Position numbers and translations under genes: made by a program
Notes under the pieces: generated by a model
What the model was told of the DNA's origin: nothing
Databases searched by the model: none
The model's input: the letters and a program-made list of their open reading frames with translations, nothing else
Assembly (NCBI RefSeq): GCF_009914755.1
Contig: NC_060941.1
Source of the DNA: the human T2T-CHM13v2.0 reference genome, Homo sapiens
Direction: 5' to 3' (one strand)
Length of the DNA stretch: 64,000 nt
Shown: in pieces, positions 1-19,571 of the stretch
How positions within the stretch are numbered: the first letter of the stretch is position 1
Layout: each line of letters starts with the position of its first letter

Positions 1-577
1 CCATTTCAGGTGGTGGCACACCAAGCTGACCCATGCTGAGGGGTACCACACCATGTGGGTAAGTGCTAGCAGGCACTAATCCAGGCTGATTCATGCCAGT
101 TGGTTCTAACCCACGACGATCTGGCCTTAGATGGACCTGACTCTGGCTAGCGGGCACACTACTGGGCTGGTCTCTGGCCAAGGGTAAGTCCTGTTGAACT
201 GGACCAGGACGTGCATTTCTTCTTGGTTGTGTCGAGGTAAGCTTCTCTCTACTCCTGTGACGATCTGAGTCTGATTTGAATTGGAATGTAGAAGACTGAT
301 GGAGTCGTGGCACGCCAGCTTCATCACGGGCCCTCGGCTGCTGCTGTCTCCCAGTACCAGAGGGGACCTTGCTTTGTTCCCTACTGGAAACCCCATCAGA
401 GGGGTGTGCTGTGCCACCAGATCCTGATGCAGTCCGATCCGGGCCAAGACCACTGGCAGAATCCAGAGCCTGCTCAATACTTGGTTGCTTGGTAGAGTCT
501 CCGCTTAGAGTCCCTTCAGGTGATGTTAAGGAAGTGAACCCTCCGTGCTTAGAAAATCCCATAAGTGTTTCTGAGCC
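1..577 (-). CDS. QRICH2: QRICH2 coding exon 4 (5' part; continues beyond left edge)
   Basis: Acceptor CCAG|GGC at 578/577; open frame GSETLMGFSKHGGFTSLTSPEG...DRRGLEPTGMNQPGLVPASTYPHGVVPLSMGQLGVPPPEM to the window edge; phase 0, continuous with exon 3. Confidence 0.93.
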
Positions 578-1262
578 CTGGTTGGAGAGGAAGAAGGAAA
601 TCAATAACAGTCAAAATATTCACTATCAGAGTGGGAAGAAAGGAAATCTGGAAGTTCTGACTAGGATGATTTAGGGCCCCTGGAGAAAAAAGCCCTCTGG
701 TCCTAAAAGCTAAGCTTGACATAAAGAAACACACTGATGGGAGGCCGAGGCGGGTGGATTACTTGAGATCAGGAGTTCGAGACCAGCCTGACCAATATGG
801 TGAAACCCTATCTCTACTAAAAATACAAAATTAGCCAGGCGTGGTGGCATGTGTCTGTAATCTCAGCTACTCAGGAAGCTGAGGCAGGAGAATTGCTTGA
901 ACCTGGGAGATGGAGGTTGCCGTGAGATTGTGCCATTGTGCTCCAGCCTGGGTGACAAGAGTGAAACTCCATCTCAAAAAAAAGAAAAGGAAAAGAAACA
1001 CACTGACGTTCTGGGAGGCTAGGTCTCCATATTTTTGAGACTCTGCATATTTGAAAATGGCATGTACAAAAATATGTAATTTTTGTGGCCAGGTGCGGTG
1101 GCTTATGCTTATAGTCCCAGCACTTTGGGAGGCCAAGGCGGGTGGATCATTTGAGGTCAGGACTTTGAGACCTGCCTGGCCAACATGGCAAAACCCCATC
1201 TCTACTGAAAATACAAAAATTAGCTGGGTGTGATAGTGCATGCCTGTAATCCCAGCTACTCA

Positions 1263-1397
<135 letters not shown>

Positions 1398-1624
1398 TCA
1401 TAAAAGATGGGGAAAACTGCAAAATACAAGTGATCTCTCTGGACTTTTGCTTAGCCTTTAAATAAAGGACATAAGTAATTTATTAAGTTTAAAATATAAA
1501 GTCTGGGTCTGGCACGGTGGCTCATGCCTGTAATCCCAGCACTTTGGGAGGCCGAGGTGGGCAGATCACAAGGTCAAGAGATTGAGACCATCCTGGCCAA
1601 CATGATGAAACCCCGTCTCTACTA

Positions 1625-2062
<438 letters not shown>

Positions 2063-2424
2063 TTAGCCAGGTGTGGTACTGCACACCTGTAATCCCAGCT
2101 ACTCAGGAGAATCACTTGAACCCAAAAGGCAGAGGATGCAGTGAGCCGAGATCACGCCACTGCACTCCAGCCTGTGCAACAGAGCGAGACACCATCTCAA
2201 AAAGAAATAAATAAATAAAATGTAAACATGCAAACCCATGGACCCAGAAACTCCATAGACAGGAATTTTCTCTATGAATCCTCACCAAAGGATGCCAAGC
2301 TATACATACAATGATGGGGTCTGCAGCATCTTGATAAAATAGATCATCAATAAGGGACTGAGATATTTCTGGTCACCAATACAGTAGATGCTATGAATCC
2401 ATGAAAAAGAAGAATGAACCACTG

Positions 2425-4406
<1,982 letters not shown>

Positions 4407-4419
4407 TAGGACTACTTAG

Positions 4420-4734
<315 letters not shown>

Positions 4735-5157
4735 TAATTTTTTTTTTTTTTTTTTTTGAGACGGAGTCTCACTCTGTCACCCAGGCTGGAGTGCAGTGGT
4801 GCAATGTCGGCTCACTGCAAGCTCCACCTCCCGGCGCCATTCTCCTGCCTCAGCCTCCCGAGTAGCTGGGACTACAGGCGCCCACCACCACGCCCGGATA
4901 ATTTTTTTGTATTTTTAGTAGAGACGGGGTTTCACCGTGTTAGCCAGGATGGTCTTGATCTCCTGACCTGGTGATCCGCCCGCCTCAGCCTCCCAAAGTG
5001 CTGGGATTACAGGCATGAGCCACTGCCCCCGGCCACGTGACCTTTTAAAAACTTTTTGTAGAGACGGGGTCTTAATATGTTGCCTAGGCTGGTCTCAAAC
5101 TCCTGGCCTCAAGCACTTCTCCCGCCTTGACTTTAAGTACTGGAATTAAAGGCGTGA

Positions 5158-6288
<1,131 letters not shown>

Positions 6289-6402
6289 TCAAAAAACAAA
6301 ACTAAACGATATTGCAAGAGGACCCTGAACACAAAAGGAATGGACTAGAAAAAAGTGGCCTCCACTTTCACTTTTTTAAAGCCAAACCTTTTTTTTTTTT
6401 GA

Positions 6403-6666
<264 letters not shown>

Positions 6667-7446
6667 TGAGCCACCGCACCTGGCCAAGCCAAATCTTTTT
6701 TGCACATGCCACTATCGTACTGTTTTTACCGAGCAGTACATCTTCTCAGGGTGATGGCGGCAGACACCATGAGACTTACACATAAGCATAGACACCTTTA
6801 AACATTTTTACTTCTCCAGAGGTAAGAAAGCATGTGCGTTTGATTACTGCTCATAATTATGAACAACTCCAAAAGCAAATAAAGATAAATATAAATATTA
6901 AAAGATTGTTGAGAAGCAAGAGAACAAGCTCTGGTAATGGCCACTTCAGCCCTCGCACAGACCAGGATGAAAGCAGTGGGGGAGTGCCACTAGCCCCAGG
7001 TAAGCACATACAACACACCTGAGACAAATATGACCTGAGACCAATTTGACCTGCCTGCATGGTTGGTAGAGTCCTTTAGCATAAACGTAAAATAAAGATT
7101 TTGAAACTGGGTGTTAACCTCCATTATGGGTTTTGGCAGACAGTGGTGACTTTATGGAAATTGTGCGGTGTGCCTGCATCATGAGTAGAGGGCCAGGATT
7201 GAGACTGGGTGCAGTGGCTCAATCCCAGCACTATGGGAGGCCAAGGCTGGCAGACTGCTCGAGGCCAGGAGTTTGAGACCAGCCTGGGCAACATGGCAAA
7301 AACCTTTCTACAAAATACAAAATATGACCAGGCATGGTGGCTCACGCCTGTAATCCCAGCACTTTGGGAGGCCAAGGCAGGCAGATCACCCGAGGTCAGG
7401 AGTTTAAGACCAGCCTGGCCAACACGGTGAAACCCCATCTTTACTA

Positions 7447-7623
<177 letters not shown>

Positions 7624-7904
7624 TTAGTCAGGTGTGGTGGCATGCACCTGTAGTCCCAGGTACTCAGGAGGCTGAGGTGAGAGGATCACTTGAGTCCAGG
7701 AGGTCGAGGTTGCAGTAAGCCCTTATGGTACCACTGCACTCCAGCCTGGGCAGCAGAGCAAGACTGTCTCAAAAATATTTTTTCTTTAACATGCCCTAAC
7801 ATTACAACAAATGAGCCAAAATCTTGAACAAAATATATGATAGGCCAGGGCGGTAGCTCATGCCTGTAATCCCAGCCCTTTGGGAGGCCGAGGCGGGTGG
7901 ATCA

Positions 7905-8161
<257 letters not shown>

Positions 8162-8259
8162 TCACTGATTCTAAGATGGACATCCTGCCCCGACACCCAC
8201 ACATACATTTTAACATCTCTGAAATCAGGATGTATCTTAGAGTTGGTGGTGTTTTATAA

Positions 8260-8616
<357 letters not shown>

Positions 8617-8946
8617 TAATTTTTGTATTTTTAGTAGAGATGGCGTTTCACCATGTTGGCCAGGCTGGTCTCCAACTCCTGACCTCAGGTGATCCCCCAC
8701 CTCAGCCTCCCAAAGTGCTGGGATTCCAGCTGTGAGCCACCGCGCCGGCCGGCACTCATTATTTATAATTCCTGTCATCCTCAGAAATGACAGGAGTCTC
8801 ATCTGATGCCCTTAATGAAAACTGTACCGACCTTTCTAGGACCCCGTTTCCCCCCCACCCCACCCCCACCTCTGTAGCTGTCATGTCCATTTGTCTAGGA
8901 CTTCAAGGTGTTTGTTCTGAAAAACCATTATTTTGGTTTTAGTCAC

Positions 8947-9375
8947 TATGGTGTGCTGAATATAAACTCCCAAAGATATCCATGTCCCCATCCCCTGAAC
9001 CTGGGAGCATTACCTTACGTGGTAAAAGGGACTTTGCAGGTACAATTAAGGATCTTGAGACGGAGGGAGTATCCCGGATTATCCGGGTGGATGCAGTGAT
9101 GAAGTCACAAAGGTCTTTACAAGAAGGAGGCTGAAGCTGATATGGCCAGAACCAGGGGCTGCCAGCCACACTTAGAGGCTGAAAATGACCAGGAAATGGA
9201 TTCTCCCCCCAGAGCTGCCAGAGGAAACCAGCCCTGCCAACACCTTGACTTCTGCCCAGTGAAACTGGTACTGGCCTTGTGTCCTCCCGAACTGTAAGAT
9301 AACAGATCTGTGTGGTTTTAAGCCACACAGATCGGTCTCTGGTCATTTGTTGGAACAGCCACAAGAAGCGCATAC
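8947..9375 (+). mobile_element. MLT1 (MLT1C/D-like) MaLR solo LTR
   Basis: cccaaagatatccatgtcc…ttaccttacgtggtaaaagggactttgcag…gattctccccc agagc…ccctgccaacaccttgact…gttttaagccac match the MLT1 consensus. Confidence 0.8.
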
Positions 9376-9549
9376 TGTCCCCTTTTTCCTCCCGAGGCAC
9401 TGCATGACTGACTGGTTAGTCTTTCCAGTTTACCTACTTTTGTTTTTTTTTTTGAGATGGAGTTCTTGCTCTTGTGGCCCAGGCTAGAGTGCAGTGGTGA
9501 GATCTCAGCTCACTGCAACCTCCGCCTCCCGAGTTCAAGCGATTCTTCT

Positions 9550-10594
<1,045 letters not shown>

Positions 10595-10968
10595 TACGAT
10601 TTTTCTATTGATCCAGTGGGTTGGCAAAGCTAAAAAAATTGGGTACCAACCATACAGCGCTGGGGGGATGTCAGGGAACAAGCTCTCTCTCCCATTGATG
10701 GTGGGGGTCTACACTGGAACAGCAGCCATGGAAGGCAATTTATCAATGGCTAGCCAAATCACTAACACACATCCCTTTCTAGGGATGCATGTTATTCACA
10801 CGTGAATGACACCTTGTTCTTAAGATTGGAAAAAGCATTTAAAACACCCATATCAATGAAACTTGCGAACTATGAATATCCATAGAACAGAATCCTGTGC
10901 AGCTGTACAAAGCGAGAAGTTCTGGGGAGCCCCACCCAAGACCACGGCCCAGGCCCCCACTGGTTCAC

Positions 10969-11079
10969 CGCTTGTGAGGCTCTCCAGCCGTCCGTAATCG
11001 CCTGCTCCAGCTCTTCCCAGGTGACCATGGTGACTTCTTCTGCACCAGGAACCAAACTCAGCTTCCGGCTGACTAGTTC
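10969..11079 (-). CDS. QRICH2: QRICH2 coding exon 3 (111 nt, ELVSRKLSLVPGAEEVTMVTWEELEQAITDGWRASQA)
   Basis: Acceptor GTCAG|GAA, donor GCG|GTGAAC; 37 codons, phase 0/0. Confidence 0.93.
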
Positions 11080-11435
11080 CTGACAGTGACAGAAAAGACA
11101 CACACATACACCCCTTGATTAATCCCAAGCAGCTTTAGGAACAGACTTGGTCTAACAGGATCTGGGTGGGTCCTTCACAGCCCCAGCCCCAGGGAGAATT
11201 CATCACCCTTCAAGTGACCAGTGAAGGTTGGGCAGCCAGTTATCTGTCCCATGTGAGCACCCAGCAGAGCGCTGGGCAGGGCTGGGGCAGATTTCCCTCC
11301 AACCCTGGGGCAGAGACTTGAGAGGCAGAGGGCACACACTGCCTGCCCTGGATGGACAAGCCCTGGAGAGAGGGCCACACTGAGAGACGGCCAGCCCCCT
11401 GGAGAGCCCTTTCCCATGGAACTGGCTGGTATTAC

Positions 11436-11495
11436 CAGGAATTGCTCCCGATCTTTGAATAGCTTCTCTAGTTCATCAACCCGCTGTAAAAGTAC
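11436..11495 (-). CDS. QRICH2: QRICH2 coding exon 2 (60 nt, VLLQRVDELEKLFKDREQFL)
   Basis: Acceptor CTTCCAG|GTA, donor CTG|GTAATA; 20 codons, phase 0/0. Confidence 0.93.
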
Positions 11496-13023
11496 CTGGA
11501 AGAAGAGTTCAGGAAAGGAGAATGACAGTGGCCCCTACACACGCACACTCACATGCACACACACACAGATGCGCACACACACTCTCACACTCAGACACAC
11601 ACATGCATACACGCACATTCACACACTGACTCAGTGCCAGGAGACGAGGAAAGGGGGAATTTGTGTGGCTCTTATGGAAAGGGAGGGTTTCTTCTTCTAC
11701 TTGGGTTTTTTTGGTTTCCTTTTTTTTTTTTTTTTGAGACAGGGTCTTGCTCTGTCACCCAAGCTGCAGTGCAGTGATGCCACCACAGCTCACTGCAGCC
11801 TCAACCTCTCAGGCTCAAGCGATCCTCCCACCTCAGCCTCCTGAGTAGCTGGGACTTCAGGCATGCACCACCACATCCAGCTAATTTTAAACATTTTTTT
11901 GTAGAGATAAGATCTTGCAATGTTGCCCAGGCTGGTCTTGAACTCCTGGGTCCGAGCAATCCTCCAGCCTCGGCCTCCCACAGTGCTGAGATTACAGGCA
12001 GGAGCCCCTGCTTTCTACCTGGTTTTTACCTGGCCAGTCAGCCCAGGCTCCTGGGTCTTTTCCCAGCCAAGTGCAGGAAGGGAAGTGAGATGCAGTGGGG
12101 GACCTGGCTGGTAGCATGGCAGGAGTAAGTGCTGCTGCAGGGATGGGACCCTTTGGTCCTGGGATTCAGTTTGCTCCAACCCACTTGTGAAAGCCTGTAG
12201 GATGAGGCCCACCTTGCCTTACAAGGAAGGAAGGGTGCCAGGTACCTCAACAGTAGCTGAACATCTGTGCTATCTAAAGAGAAAAGCACCTCAAAAGAAC
12301 CAAAGCAAATCGCTACAACATAAGGTGCTATCATATTTGGGATTAAGAAAAAATATATTAATAAACAAAAATAAAACAAGTTACTTTTTATAACTTTTGC
12401 AAACTTCTAGAATCTAAGATTACGTAAAAATTAAAACAAAAGGCCAGGCGCAGTGGCTCTTGCCTGTAATCCCAACACTTTGGGAAGCCGAGGCAGGAGG
12501 ATCACTTTAGGTCAGGAGTTCGAGACCAGCCTGGCCAACACGGCAAAACCCCATCTCTACTAAAAGTACAAAAGTTAGCTGGGCATGGTGGTGTGCACCT
12601 ATAATCCTAGCTACTCGGGAAGCCGAGGCAGGAGAATTCCTTGAACCCAGGAGATGGAGTTGCAGTGAGCCGACAATGCACCACTGCACTCCAGCCTGGG
12701 TGACAGAGTGAGAATGTGTCTCAAAAAAAAAAAAAAAAAAAAAAAAAACCCAAAAAAATTAAAACAAAAAAAACCCCCACCACACTTTAAAGTTTGAAAA
12801 GGAAAGCAGACATGCTTCCCAGAGCAAAAGTGAGTTGGTGCTGCGGTCTCGAGACCTGGGGTGATATGGCAGGAGGGCATGAGCGGCCAGGGCTCCCCTG
12901 CTGGGGCTTGGCCTCTTCTTCCTGCCTCTTCCCGGCCTCTTTTTCCCCTCCTGTCTCTCCTCTTGGCCTCCCCACCCAGCTGCCTTCCTAGTTGCTTCTG
13001 CTTTTTCTTTCAGAACCAACCTA

Positions 13024-13581
<558 letters not shown>

Positions 13582-13899
13582 TTATTCATTTTAAAAAGGG
13601 AATTCACTCTAAGAATCTTCTGAGAAGTTGCCGGCCCCACTCTGAGCCAGCTCTGGGTCCTTGGATGTCTGATAAGTGGTGGGCGAACCTCTCCCGTAAA
13701 CAGGGGCTAGGAAGGAGGGGGTGGGATGGGGCCACTACACTTAGGAGGTGGGGTCCCCAGGCCCCTCCAGCTCGGGGAGGCCCTAGGCCTTTTGGTGGCG
13801 TTCTTTTAGGATTTTCACGTCTTGCAGCCCCGTGGACTGCAAGGTAGAGCATGGGCCACTCTATTTAGCCAGTCGCACTGAGGTCTGGCACCTCCTCGG

Positions 13900-14960
13900 T
13901 CCCCATCCCCTCCGTCCCCACCACCGCTCACCCCTCCAGGGTGGTGGGGACTCGGCTAGGCCTGGAGGGCGGCCTGGAGGAGGCAGACGGCCTGCGCGTG
14001 CCTCCGTGTGCGTGCTCACCCTGGCAAAGCTGAGCTCCTCGGCGGCGTCCTTCATGATACTCCCAGTCCGCACCCTATCGAACGCCCGCACGCCCACCTC
14101 CTGCTCCTCCGGCCACTCTAGCGCGGCCAGGTCAAGCCCGCTGGCCTGGGAGAAGTGCTGCACGTGCGTGGCGATGCCCTGCACCTGGCCGTCCACACGC
14201 TTGAGCTGCTTGCTCAGGTCCTCCACCTGGCCGCCCAGGTCCTTCACTTGGCTCTCCAGCGCTGACGAAGGCGCCTGGCCCACGCCCCTGCGCTTCTCCC
14301 GGGGCGCCCCCTTGGGCACCTCCTTGGGCGCGGGCAGGTGCGGGATGCTGAACGAGCTCCGGACGGACTGCAGCGAGCGGCTGGGCTCGGGCGACGAGGG
14401 CTGGAAGTCGATCCGGGTATTTTGGAGGTCGAGGTTCTTGAGCATGGCCACGATGAGCGTGTGCAGGGCCGTGAAGTTGACGGCGCCCACCTCTGGCGTG
14501 CCGATGGAGAGGTCCGCCAGCTCCCGGAGGGAGACCGTGGTCGCGGGCGGCATCGTGGCTGTCAGGAGCTGTGCGCCGCCGCGGGGCGCCGGCCAACCAC
14601 TTCCCGCTCACTGCACGCCGCGCCTTGGGGCCTTTCGGGGGCCCTGCGAGGTCCTCGGGGCGCCCCTGCCCCGGGTCCGGCCGAGTCACTGGACAGAGCT
14701 CCTGCCTCCAGGGAATCTGCGCCTCCGCTCCCCGGCGGGGTCCGCGATGGCCACCCCTCCGCTGTCTGTCGCTGGCCTCGGGTCCCCGAGCTGGAGCCCT
14801 GGACTCCCAGTCCCCGCGCCGGCGGACGTTTGAAACGTGGGGGCCCCCGCGTGCCCTGAAGATTCCACGTAACAACACGCCTCCCTGCGAGCCACGGGGG
14901 CGGGGGGAAGTAAAGGCCACCACAAGGATCACAAGGGGAGCCTTGGCAACGGGCTGAGGA
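13900..14960. promoter_or_regulatory. CpG island / QRICH2 promoter and first exon
   Basis: Dense CpG, very high GC, no Alu; GC box GGGGCGGGG near 14897-14906. Boundaries approximate. Confidence 0.85.
14020..14553 (-). CDS. QRICH2: QRICH2 coding exon 1 (178 aa, MPPATTVSLRELADLSIGTPEVGAVNF...MKDAAEELSFAR)
   Basis: ATG at 14553 (ORF 13861..14553); donor AGG|GTGAGC at 14020/14019; in-frame downstream ATG at 14055 (MKDAAEE); lies in a CpG island. Confidence 0.9.
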
Positions 14961-15058
14961 GGCCTCCTAAGATCCAGCTAGACTCCATCCATCCCCTTAA
15001 CCTAGAAAGGCCAGGATTCACTCACTCTTGGCGGGGCCACATAAGGAAAGACTTGAGG

Positions 15059-15071
15059 GTTTCCTGGCAAC
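15059..15071 (+). promoter_or_regulatory. RFX X-box-like motif GTTTCCTGGCAAC (second partial site GGAGCCTTGGCAAC at 14937-14950)
   Basis: Resembles the X-box GTTGCCATGGCAAC; lies just upstream of the QRICH2 first exon. Confidence 0.5.
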
Positions 15072-15320
15072 CATGCTTTGTGTCATCAGCTGCGTCCATT
15101 CCAGAGTGGTGGCCCCATGTCTATGGCCCCATGTCTAAGGGATGCAGTCCTGGGGCCCTGGTCCCCTCAGACAGTCCACATATTTTGTTCAATCAAAGGT
15201 GAAGCAACTTGGAAAAGACAACCCACTCACTATTCAGGCAGTTCCAATTAGCCACTAGATGACTAACTGGTGGCTAATTGTCCCTTTTCTGTGCTGCCAT
15301 AATTTTTTTTTTACTTTTGA

Positions 15321-15428
<108 letters not shown>

Positions 15429-15467
15429 TAGCTGGGATTACAGATGCGTGGTACCATGCCCGGCTAA

Positions 15468-15611
<144 letters not shown>

Positions 15612-15748
15612 TAATTGATCTCAAAAAAACGGCCAGGCTTGGTGGCTCACACCTGTAATCCCAGCACTTTGGGAGGCCGAGGCGGGTGGATCACCTGAGG
15701 TAAGGGGTTCAAGGCCAGCCTAGCCAACATAGTGAAACCCCTCTGCTA

Positions 15749-15943
<195 letters not shown>

Positions 15944-16129
15944 TCACCTGGTCAAGCGCCTGTGCTTGAGCTCATTACAAAGCAGGATTAAACAGCACGA
16001 GACAAATCTGGTGTTAACAATTGAGACATGACTTCCCCATACAAGATTCTTCCCAAAAACGTATAAATAAAACTTCCTAACAGAAGCACAGCAAGGCTAC
16101 TTAAAGAGAACCTATGAATGTGTGCCATG

Positions 16130-16392
16130 CATGGCCAGCCTCCTCCGTGAGCTCTGCATCTGCAGATTTAACCAACCACGACTGAACACGTACAGATTCC
16201 TGTCATGATTCTCTAAATAATACAGCATGACCACCATCTACACAGGATATTGCAGTAGGTATTACAAGTCATCCAGGATGTGCATAGCTTATATGCAGAT
16301 ACTACACCATTTTCTATCAGGGACTTGCACATCCATGGGCAGGAGGTTGAGTCCTGGAACCAATCACCCATGGATTGTAAGGAATAACTGTA
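16130..16392 (+). mobile_element. MER2-type Tigger-derived DNA element fragment
   Basis: ttatatgcagatactacaccatttt…gggacttgcacatcc…gtcctggaaccaatc…actgta. Confidence 0.65.
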
Positions 16393-17500
16393 CTATTTTA
16401 ACTACTGTTCAAGTTCAGATTTTTCACTTCAGCCTGAGAGGTACTGTTTATTTAATTGAAGGATTTTCGATCATCATTATATTCCAATAACTTGGGACAC
16501 AGTAGGCCTTTAAGGGGTTATCAAAATAACTAGTTCTTTGCAGTCTTTTTTTTTTTTTGAGATGGAATCTTGCTCTGTCACTTGGGCTGGAGTGCAGTGG
16601 CACAATCTCAGCTCACTGCAATCTCTGCCTCTTGGGTTCAACCAATTAATTCTCCTGCCTCAGCCTCCCGAGTAGCTGGGATTACAGGCGTGCACCCCCT
16701 CCCCCAACACCCGGCTAATTTTTGTATTTTTAGTAGGGACAGGGTTTCACCATATTGGCCAGGCTGGTCTCAAACTCCTGACCTCAAGTGATCTGCCCAC
16801 CTCGGCCTCCCAAAGTGCTGGGATTACAGGCGTGAGCCATGATGCCTGGCCTCTTTGTAGTCTTTTTATGCTTTTAACTTAGCTAGGCTAATTTTTGTAT
16901 TTTTAGTAGAGACGGGGTTTTGCCATGTTGGCCAGGCTGGTCTCAAACTCCTGACCTCAGGTGATCTACCTGCCTCGGCCTCCCAAAGTGCAGGGATTAC
17001 AGGCATAAGACACGATCCCTGGCCTGTTTTTTTTTTTTGAGACAGGGTGTTGCTCTGTCACCCAGGATGGATGGCAGTGGTACAATCATAGTTCACTGCA
17101 GCTTCAACCTCCTTGGCTCAGGCAATCCTCCCACCTCAGCCTCCCAAGGTAGCTGGAACTACAGGCACATGCTACCAATGCCTGGCTAATTTTTGTATTT
17201 TTTGTAGACATGGGGGTTTCGCCATGTTTCCCAGGCTGGTCTGAAACTCCTGGGCTCAAGCAATCCTCCTTGCCTCAGCCTCCCAAAGTACTCAGATTAT
17301 AGGTGTGAGCCACCACACCTAGACTTTTTTTTTTTTTTTTTAAAGATTTAAAATACAGTATTCAACAAGGATTTAGCTTCAACACTTAGGAAGAGGGTGG
17401 AACCTGGGAAAGTGTTTGTGTCCAGCCACAGACCTGACTGCTGTTCTGTATCCATGGTCTTCTGCTGTCTAATGAAAAGACTAGCAAGACAACAAATTAT

Positions 17501-17506
17501 TTTATT
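17501..17506 (-). terminator. PRPSAP1: PRPSAP1 polyadenylation signal AATAAA (alternatives: ATTAAA 17945-17950, distal AATAAA 16447-16452)
   Basis: tttatt on + strand about 590 nt past the stop, followed on the - strand by U/GU-rich sequence. Confidence 0.65.
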
Positions 17507-18096
17507 TGCAACTTCAGAGCCACTCAGATACCCAGAGGTGGGATGCTATTTTCTAATCTGACATCCTTGGAAGATGTAACAACATGAATGCTTCATTTTT
17601 CAATGGCTGTAGGCATAACAATTTCTGAAAGAAAAATACGATTCTCTATAAAAGACTTGAAGTTGATTTGGGAGAGGCCAACTGGATAGTAATAGGGCCA
17701 CAGGCGCTCAGCTTCCCTAACCAGGTTCAACATCAATACCTCCATTTCCCTGGAGCTGAAACAACTAAATGAACATTATAGAGTTAAGACTTTATGTGCC
17801 TTTAACTCCTCTTTAGTATCAATAAGATTTTCAGATTATTTTTAAGAAAGCAGCTAGAACTTTTAAGGAACAGGGCTGATGACAGCAGACATGTAAGGCC
17901 ATGTTATGATATTTATCCATTAGCTCTGTCTTCTTCCTGACTCTTTTAATCCCTCCTCCCCATCAATCCGGGCAAAAGAAGATATCTAACTCCAGGCTGT
18001 TTCGAGTCCTCCCTTGCAAGGAAACACTGTATCACTCATGGCACTGCTTTTTCCATGTTTCCCTCAGGAGGTCCAGGGTCGAGACCCTCGTGAAAG

Positions 18097-18255
18097 CTAG
18101 TCATCCACAGTGATGTTTCGGAAAAGGTAGGCCATGGACTCTCCATTGTGGATTCTCCGAATGGCTTCAGAAAGAATCAAACTGATATCCACAGTCTTTA
18201 TCTTGGGACATTGCAGCTTCTGAACCTCATGAGGGACAGTATTCGTCACCACCAC
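18097..18255 (-). CDS. PRPSAP1: PRPSAP1 exon 10 CDS ([10 protein letters not shown]...[10 protein letters not shown])
   Basis: Acceptor ACTAG|GTG; TAG stop at 18099-18097; PRPS-family C-terminus ([21 protein letters not shown]). Confidence 0.97.
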   Translation of the reverse strand: MVVTNTVPHEVQKLQCPKIKTVDISLILSEAIRRIHNGESMAYLFRNITVDD

Positions 18256-18616
18256 CTAGTCACACAGTGATGGAAAACAAACGCTGTTACTGAAGTCTGT
18301 TCTCCAAGCTGGTTACACAGAAAAGCTTATCTAACATTGAGTTCCCACAGCCTAAGTTCCAAACTACAAAACCTTGTTCCACCGAGTATAGTTTTTATAA
18401 ACCAAAATTAACTAATTTTATGCAAAGGAAAAGTTACATGGCCTCAGAACACAAGACAAAAATCTTAGGAATGGCATGGTCTCCATGCAGAAACACAGTG
18501 AGCCCCAGTGCTATGCAAAACTCTCAGATCATAAGGGAAGAATTCCAGCCTCAAGAGAAATGCTCCTAGGGTGTCAAATTAAAGTACCCAAGCAAACCGT
18601 TATGCAAATAGACATA

Positions 18617-19271
<655 letters not shown>

Positions 19272-19424
19272 TTCCTAAACATGTATCTGTCCCAACGAAC
19301 TGCTAGCCAGCAAAAGCTAGAAAAGCTATAGACAGATTAAGCAATTTAGTATTGACTGAATCATTTTATTATTCCCAGAAAACACAGCAGTAAATCTTGG
19401 CTCAAGATTTAGAAGCAGCCTGAC

Positions 19425-19571
19425 CTCGTCTACGGAGGACTCCTCAATCAGGCGAGGGGCCTCTGCAGACAGGATGCCGTGGGTGGCCATAACATAGATC
19501 TTATAGGCGCCTCTCTCTTTCAGGATCTCCGCGGCAGCAACAAAACTCTCCACATCGTCAATAATGTCATC
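19425..19571 (-). CDS. PRPSAP1: PRPSAP1 exon 9 ([10 protein letters not shown]...LIEESSVDE)
   Basis: CCCAG|GAT ... GAG|GTCAGG; 147 nt; degenerate PRPP-binding loop and ATHG motif. Confidence 0.97.

Noticed and set aside
13832-14957. Long ORFs overlapping QRICH2 exon 1 (333 aa +, 266 aa -, 173 aa +)
   Set aside because: Stop-poor GC-rich island and shadow frames; no recognisable domain or splice partner.
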